Source: an uncultured Candidatus Saccharibacteria bacterium
Lineage (GTDB): Bacteria; Patescibacteriota; Minisyncoccia; UBA6257
NCBI GenBank assembly: GCA_964618625.1
Contig: CAZUBI010000001.1
Location: 254,930-318,929 of the forward strand
DNA: 64,000 bases
Direction of reading: 5' to 3'
Part shown: positions 58,624-64,000 of the stretch, one piece after another
Numbering within the stretch: the first letter of the stretch is position 1
Layout: each line of letters starts with the position of its first letter
The notes under the pieces: generated by a model
What the model saw: the letters and a program-made list of their open reading frames with translations, nothing else
Databases searched by the model: none
Told to the model about the DNA's origin: nothing
Position numbers and translations under genes: made by a program

Positions 58624-59235
58624 TTATTCCCCACCTTTCTTTTCGTACAATTCTATTAATAAACCCTGAACTACGTTATCTTCTTTATCTATTCTATAAG
58701 CCTGAAGTAAAGTCCAACGAGCAGAAGAAAAATCTTCCTGCCAGAGATAAATACGAGCTAGATTTTTAAAAATCGTAATATCGTCTGGATCATTTTCAAT
58801 CTTTTTCAATAACTTTTTTTCTTCATCCTTTGTATTTAAAATATGCGAGGCATCTGTATTATCTTCTATTAACTTTCCTTCGCCAAAAGCTTTAATAATA
58901 CCATTCTCTTTATCTTTTATATCATCATTGTTTTTCCTTTTTCTAATGCTTGATAAATTTTTAAAAATTGTTCTATCAATTCTTAAAATTATTATTCGTG
59001 AACGAACTAAAGATTTTTCTATAAAAAGAAAAAACTGGTTACAGGCTTTTTGATAATTCTCTTTATTAAAAATCCTGCGAAACCTTTCTAAAAATCTTTG
59101 TTTTCCTTTTATTATTTCTCCCTCTTCTGGTTCTTCTGTAATCTTTTCACTTTCTTCGCTTTTTTCGCCTTTAAATATAAAAATCAAACCAACTATGCCT
59201 AGAATAATCAAAAGGGGCGGAAGAATATTAAACAT
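58624..59235 (-). CDS. Membrane-anchored protein with C-terminal TPR
   Basis: N-terminal TM, TPR-like DPDD...KNLARIY; start moved to MFNIL. Confidence 0.65.
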   Translation of the reverse strand: MFNILPPLLIILGIVGLIFIFKGEKSEESEKITEEPEEGEIIKGKQRFLERFRRIFNKENYQKACNQFFLFIEKSLVRSRIIILRIDRTIFKNLSSIRKRKNNDDIKDKENGIIKAFGEGKLIEDNTDASHILNTKDEEKKLLKKIENDPDDITIFKNLARIYLWQEDFSSARWTLLQAYRIDKEDNVVQGLLIELYEKKGGE

Positions 59236-59236
59236 A

Positions 59237-59821
59237 TTAAATTTTGAAACGAATAAAACGACCAACTTCTATATTCTCGCCAAATTTGGCAACAGCTTCC
59301 TGAATTAATTGATCAATGTTTTTAGTTTCGTCTTTAATAAAAATCTGTTTATTTAAGCAAACTTGTTGAAATTCCTTTTCAAACTTGCCATCAATTATCT
59401 TTTTTATGATTTCTGGCGGTTTATTGCTTTTTTTAAATTCTTCCATATATTCTTTCTTCTTTTCTTCAATTATTTCTTCGGGAATTTCTTTGGAAGAAAC
59501 GTATTGTGGATTTAAAGCTGCTATGTGCATTGCTAAATCATAAGCCAGTTTTTTAAAATCAGGATTATTAGCCACAAAACTAGTTTCGCAACGCAATTCT
59601 ACTAAAACGCCTAATTGATTATTTGAATGGATGTATACTTCTATCATCCCGGATTTTGTGTCATTATCCTGCTTTTTCTCAGCTCGCAATTGCCCTTTTT
59701 TCTTTAATATTGCATTTGCTTTAGAAATATCCCCCTTTGCTTCTTCCAGGGCTTTTTTACACTCCATTACAGGGGCAAAAGTTTGTTTTCTTAATTTTTG
59801 AACATCATCAATTGGTACCAT
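59237..59821 (-). CDS. tsf: Elongation factor Ts (short form)
   Basis: LRKQTFAPVMECKKAL, ELRCETSFVA, GENIEVGRFIRF; follows rpsB. Confidence 0.95.
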   Translation of the reverse strand: MVPIDDVQKLRKQTFAPVMECKKALEEAKGDISKANAILKKKGQLRAEKKQDNDTKSGMIEVYIHSNNQLGVLVELRCETSFVANNPDFKKLAYDLAMHIAALNPQYVSSKEIPEEIIEEKKKEYMEEFKKSNKPPEIIKKIIDGKFEKEFQQVCLNKQIFIKDETKNIDQLIQEAVAKFGENIEVGRFIRFKI

Positions 59822-59844
59822 TGTTATCTATTAATTGTTAGTTA

Positions 59845-60546
59845 TTATTTGTCTTCCTTTGCCTGTTTTATGGCTTGATCCACTTTATCTAAAATATAAT
59901 CAATGGAGGACTTTGCGCTATCATTAGCAGGAATCGGATAATTTATAGAGGTTGGATCATCATCAGTATCTAATACTGCCACAATTGGAATTTTTATTAT
60001 GCGCGCCTCTTTTGCCGCAGTATCATGAATTTTAGGATCTATAATAAATAAAGCATCAGGCAACTTAGACGTATCTTTTAAACCGACAAATTGCTCTTCC
60101 AATTTAGCCATCTCCTCCTCTAGTTTCCTTCTCTCGTGTTTGGTATATTTTTGCCATTCACCAGATTTCTTTTTTTCTTCCAATTCTTTCAAATATTTAA
60201 TCCTCTCATTTAATGTTTTAAAATTTGTTAAAGTTCCGCCTAACCAACGATTAGTAACATAGGGAAAATTATATTTTTTTGCTAATTTTTCAATCCCGTT
60301 TTTTGCTCCTGGTATAGCTCCGACAAAAAGAATTGTACTACCTTTTTTAATTATTTCCTTCATAAAATCCAAAGCCACTTCTAATGCTTTTGCTGTTTCG
60401 CCTAAATCAATGAAAGATACCTCTGTACTGGATTTAAGAGTAAAATATGCGGCTTGAGGATGATTGCGGGTCTTCTTATGACCATAATGCACTCCCGCTT
60501 TTTCCATTTCAACTTCTTCAACTGATTGTTGTTTTTCTTCTACCAT
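59845..60546 (-). CDS. rpsB: 30S ribosomal protein S2
   Basis: AGVHYGH, RWLGGTLTNF, PIPANDS; start moved to MVEEK. Confidence 0.95.
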   Translation of the reverse strand: MVEEKQQSVEEVEMEKAGVHYGHKKTRNHPQAAYFTLKSSTEVSFIDLGETAKALEVALDFMKEIIKKGSTILFVGAIPGAKNGIEKLAKKYNFPYVTNRWLGGTLTNFKTLNERIKYLKELEEKKKSGEWQKYTKHERRKLEEEMAKLEEQFVGLKDTSKLPDALFIIDPKIHDTAAKEARIIKIPIVAVLDTDDDPTSINYPIPANDSAKSSIDYILDKVDQAIKQAKEDK

Positions 60547-60759
60547 ATTGTTGTGTTTTTCTAATCTACCACAAAAGATGGTAGGAATCAAGAAGTTTAA
60601 AAACACTACGACTGAAAAGCCGTAGTGTTACAGTGGGACTTGTCCTCAAATACGAGAACATTTATTATATTATCACATTATATAAACTAAAGTCAACCCT
60701 TCCCCTATATTTTTATTGCTTTTTTAAGCTTTTTTTGCTACAATTTCTTTATTCCTTAA

Positions 60760-60811
60760 TTTGAGCGAAGCGAAAATCAAGGTTCTGTGAACAAAGTAAA
60801 CAGGTTCTTAT
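60760..60811. repeat. REP-like composite repeat, copy C (inverted)
   Basis: Reverse complement ataagaacctgtttactttgttcacagaaccttgattttcgcttcgctcaa. Confidence 0.7.
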
Positions 60812-60822
60812 GATACAAACTT

Positions 60823-61113
60823 ATGAAAAAAGACATCCATCCAAAATACAATACTAAAGCAACTGTAAGTTGCGCTTGCGGGGCTAAATTTGATGTTGGC
60901 TCTACTATTGATAAAATGGAAATTGAAATTTGCTCACGCTGCCATCCTTTTTATACCGGGCAAAAAAAATTGATAGATACTGCTGGTCGTGTCCAAAAAT
61001 TTAAAAATCGACTTGAAAAAACAAAGAGTATCAAAAGTAAAAAACCTATCTTGAGTAAAATTGAGAAAAGAAAGAAAAAAAACAAACAAAAAGGCAAAAA
61101 ACTCGCTAAATAG
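60823..61113 (+). CDS. rpmE: 50S ribosomal protein L31
   Basis: MKKDIHPKY, CACG, CSRCHPFYTG, DTAGRV. Confidence 0.96.
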   Translation: MKKDIHPKYNTKATVSCACGAKFDVGSTIDKMEIEICSRCHPFYTGQKKLIDTAGRVQKFKNRLEKTKSIKSKKPILSKIEKRKKKNKQKGKKLAK

Positions 61114-61128
61114 CGGAAAAAGAAATAA

Positions 61129-62175
61129 ATGAAATTAGAAAAATTAGAAAAAGAAAAAGAAAATCTTTTTAAGAAACTCGGTAGCCCTGAGTTTCTTTCA
61201 AATAAAAAGAATTTTGAAGAAGCTTCCCGTAAATTGAAAAAAATTGAAGGCGAGATAAATTTTCTTAAAACACTCGCAAAAACAGAGAAAAAGATAAAAG
61301 AAGCTAAAGAAATTTTAGCTGAGGCGACTGATGATGAACTTTTGTCTTTGGCAGAAGAAGATTTAAAAAAGAATAAACAATTAAAAGAAAAGATTTTAGC
61401 AGAAAAGGCAAAAAAATTGGAAGAAAACAATAATGCATCTGTGATTAAAGGCATTGTGGTGGAGATTAGGGCTGGAACTGGAGGCGAAGAAGCGGCATTA
61501 TTCGCTCATAACTTATTCAGAATGTATAATCGATATGCTGAAAACAAAGGATGGCCAATTAAAATTATTAATATGAATAAAACGGCATTAGATGGCTTAA
61601 AAGAAGGAGTAATGGAAATAAATAATAAAGAATCTTTTGAAAACCTAAAATACGAAGCTGGTGTGCATCGAGTTCAAAGAATACCATTTACTGAAAAATC
61701 TGGACGTATTCACACTTCTACAGCAACAGTAGCCATTCTTCCTCAAGTAAAAAATATAAAGATAGAAATCAAGACAGAGGATTTAGAAGAAACATTTTTT
61801 CGTTCTTCGGGTCCAGGCGGACAAAACGTCCAAAAAGTAGAAACAGCAGTGCGTATTATACACAAACCTACAGGCATAGTAGTTACCTGCCAAAGCGAAA
61901 GACAGCAAAAACAAAACAGGGAAAAAGCTTTGGAATTCCTAAAAAATAAAGTTTTTAATAAAAAGCAAAAGGAGGCGATAGGAAAAACAGAAAAAGAAAG
62001 ACGCGACCAAATAGGTCGCGCCGAGAGATCAGAAAAAATTCGTACTTATAATTTTCCACAGGATCGTATCACTGACCATCGTATTAAAAAATCCTGGCAT
62101 AATATTGAACAAGTCCTCAATGGAAATTTAGATGAAATAATTAGAGATATTAAAAAGGAATATCATCAGGAATAA
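61129..62175 (+). CDS. prfA: Peptide chain release factor 1
   Basis: EIRAGTGGEEAALF, VQRIPFTE (PxT), GPGGQ, RSEKIRTYNFPQDR. Confidence 0.95.
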   Translation: MKLEKLEKEKENLFKKLGSPEFLSNKKNFEEASRKLKKIEGEINFLKTLAKTEKKIKEAKEILAEATDDELLSLAEEDLKKNKQLKEKILAEKAKKLEENNNASVIKGIVVEIRAGTGGEEAALFAHNLFRMYNRYAENKGWPIKIINMNKTALDGLKEGVMEINNKESFENLKYEAGVHRVQRIPFTEKSGRIHTSTATVAILPQVKNIKIEIKTEDLEETFFRSSGPGGQNVQKVETAVRIIHKPTGIVVTCQSERQQKQNREKALEFLKNKVFNKKQKEAIGKTEKERRDQIGRAERSEKIRTYNFPQDRITDHRIKKSWHNIEQVLNGNLDEIIRDIKKEYHQE

Positions 62176-62596
62176 TTTCCCCTGATTCTTCTTCCAAAAC
62201 AGGAAGATCTTCCTTATTTGAATCCGCTTTTTCTGGCGGCATTTTTAATTCTTCTCCTTCTTCTTGCATTCTTCGGGGACCAAAACTAATATTTTCAGAA
62301 ATAATTTCAATTCTGGTTCTTTTTTGTTCATTCGCATCAACCCAACTTCTGGATCTAATTCTTCCTTCCACAAAAACCAAACGACCTTTAGCAAGATACT
62401 GATTGCATGACTCAGCCATTTTTCCCCAAACTACTACATTATGAAATTCCACTTCTTGTTGTTTTTCCCCATTTGCATTTACCCACGCTCTATTAGTAGC
62501 TACCCCGAAATTAGCTACTGATTTACCAGAAGGCGTATTATGGAGCGTAACATCTCTAGTAAGATTACCAATAATAAACACTTTATTTAAATTCAT
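62150..62596 (-). CDS. ssb: Single-stranded DNA-binding protein
   Basis: NKVFIIGNLTRD, EFHNVVVWGK, C-terminal DDIPF. Confidence 0.97.
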   Translation of the reverse strand: MNLNKVFIIGNLTRDVTLHNTPSGKSVANFGVATNRAWVNANGEKQQEVEFHNVVVWGKMAESCNQYLAKGRLVFVEGRIRSRSWVDANEQKRTRIEIISENISFGPRRMQEEGEELKMPPEKADSNKEDLPVLEEESGEIIPDDIPF

Positions 62597-62654
62597 AATT
62601 TTATTTCCGCCAGGTGGCGGATTATCTAATGTTTTCGACCCTGCCCCTCTGTTT

Positions 62655-63143
62655 TTATTCTTCTTTAAGGATTTCGCTAAGTTTTTTATCTAATTCCTCA
62701 AGACTAATTACTTTTTCCTCTTCTTTGCCCTCTATAGCTTTTTTATCCACCGAAGCTTTAGCGAAGGTAGAAACAGAAGAAGGATCCTTTTGTTTCCTAA
62801 AAACAGGCTTCCTGAAGGTGGAGCGCGGAACTTTTCGTTTTTCTTCCGGTTTTATATTCAAAACCATAAAGCGAATAAAGTCATCATTTAGCCTGAGTTC
62901 TTCTTCTAAGCGCGCCAAAGAATCTTTAGATAATTTAAATTGAATATAGCCAAAATAAGCATTCCTTTCTTTCTTTACAGGATAAGCCAACTGTTTTAAT
63001 TGAGGCGATTGACTAAAAATTGTCAAGGCGCCTGATTTTTCTAATTGCTTCAATAAATTATCAAATTTTTGCTCAATTGCTTTCTCCTCTAATCGAGACG
63101 AAAACCAAAAAGATAATTCATAATTATTATTTTTCTGTTCCAT
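62655..63143 (-). CDS. rpsF: 30S ribosomal protein S6 with C-terminal extension
   Basis: YEL, LAYPVKK, IRFMV; upstream of ssb. Confidence 0.88.
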   Translation of the reverse strand: MEQKNNNYELSFWFSSRLEEKAIEQKFDNLLKQLEKSGALTIFSQSPQLKQLAYPVKKERNAYFGYIQFKLSKDSLARLEEELRLNDDFIRFMVLNIKPEEKRKVPRSTFRKPVFRKQKDPSSVSTFAKASVDKKAIEGKEEEKVISLEELDKKLSEILKEE

Positions 63144-63147
63144 AAAT

Positions 63148-64000
63148 CTATTTTTTTGTAATTTGCTTCAAAAGTTCTTTTCCGATTTTAGAATTTTCTT
63201 TTAAAAACGTCCGCGCTGTTTCAAATCCTGCCCCCAATTTTATCTCACCAAAACTGTAAGTTATTCCTCTTTTCGTAATAATGCCTTCTTTAACCCCCAT
63301 ATTTAATAAATCGCCGTAATAAGAAATGCCTTCGTTATAAAGAATATCAAATTCTGTTTCCCTGAAAGGCGGAGCAACTTTATTCTTTACTACCTTTGCT
63401 TTTATGCGCGATCCTATTATTTCATCTCCTTTTTTAATTTGAGCCCTCCTTTTTAATTCAATCCTCACTGAAGAATAAAATTTTAAAGCTTTTCCTCCTG
63501 GGGTAGTAACAGGATTACCAAACATCATCATTCCTATTTGCATTCTTGTTTGATTAGTAAAAATAATTGCTGTGTTGCTTTTATGCGCTATCGCGGCTAA
63601 TTTCCTTAAAGCTCTACTCATTAATCGAGCCTGCAATCCAATTTGTTGATCGCCCATTTCTCCTTCTATTTCAGCTTTTGGGGTTAATGCTGCCACTGAA
63701 TCAACAATGATTAAATCTATTGCTCCTGAACGAACCAAAACTTCTACTATATCCAATGCCTGTTCTCCATTATCAGGTTGAGATATCAATAATTCTTTTG
63801 TTTTTACTCCAATTTTATTAGCATATTCTGGATCAAGAGCATGCTCTGAATCAACAAAAGCCGCCCTCCCCCCTTTTTTTTGAACTTCAGCCACAATATG
63901 AAGAACTAAAGTAGTTTTTCCAGAAGATTCAGCGCCATAAATCTCAACAATTCTTCCTCGTGGAATGCCGCCCACTCCTAAAGCCAAATCTAATGACGGT
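63148..64000 (-). CDS. recA: Recombinase RecA (5' end lies beyond the window)
   Basis: [48 protein letters not shown]. Confidence 0.97.
   Translation of the reverse strand, partial: PSLDLALGVGGIPRGRIVEIYGAESSGKTTLVLHIVAEVQKKGGRAAFVDSEHALDPEYANKIGVKTKELLISQPDNGEQALDIVEVLVRSGAIDLIIVDSVAALTPKAEIEGEMGDQQIGLQARLMSRALRKLAAIAHKSNTAIIFTNQTRMQIGMMMFGNPVTTPGGKALKFYSSVRIELKRRAQIKKGDEIIGSRIKAKVVKNKVAPPFRETEFDILYNEGISYYGDLLNMGVKEGIITKRGITYSFGEIKLGAGFETARTFLKENSKIGKELLKQITKK

Noticed and set aside
53760-61860. Identical peptide FRSSGPGGQNVQKVETAVR in RF1 and RF2 as recent gene conversion
   Set aside because: The two DNA sequences differ at many synonymous positions, so this is conservation of the GGQ region.

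Overview
AT-rich bacterial chromosome segment, most genes on the minus strand. Gene content points to a Patescibacteria (CPR, Parcubacteria-like) genome: short EF-Ts, N-terminally truncated RF2, rplK not followed by rplA, three DUF5667-type proteins, and many apparently leaderless genes. The taxonomic call is an inference. Housekeeping genes include polA, dnaE, holA, leuS, thrS, gatB, miaA, rnhB, tmk, thyX, obg, ftsEX, prfA/prfB, recA, ssb, several ribosomal proteins and five tRNAs. The most unusual elements are: (1) a ~5 kb array downstream of tRNA-Gln in which single unrelated genes are each separated by one of six copies of the same 24-bp terminator hairpin, usually fused to an extended -10 promoter, with no integrase or attC sites in view; (2) two HTH plus LAGLIDADG-like (LYWxEG) genes whose stop codons lie inside the 5' ends of tRNA genes; (3) an unannotated ~170-nt structured RNA with a perfect sigma70 promoter; (4) a promoter/small RNA/terminator unit in front of an NYN RNase; (5) REP-like palindromes translated in frame within several proteins; (6) an intein in RtcB beside archease; and (7) a PilB/GspE ATPase with two complete ATPase domains. 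All calls come from reading motifs by eye; no database search was run.
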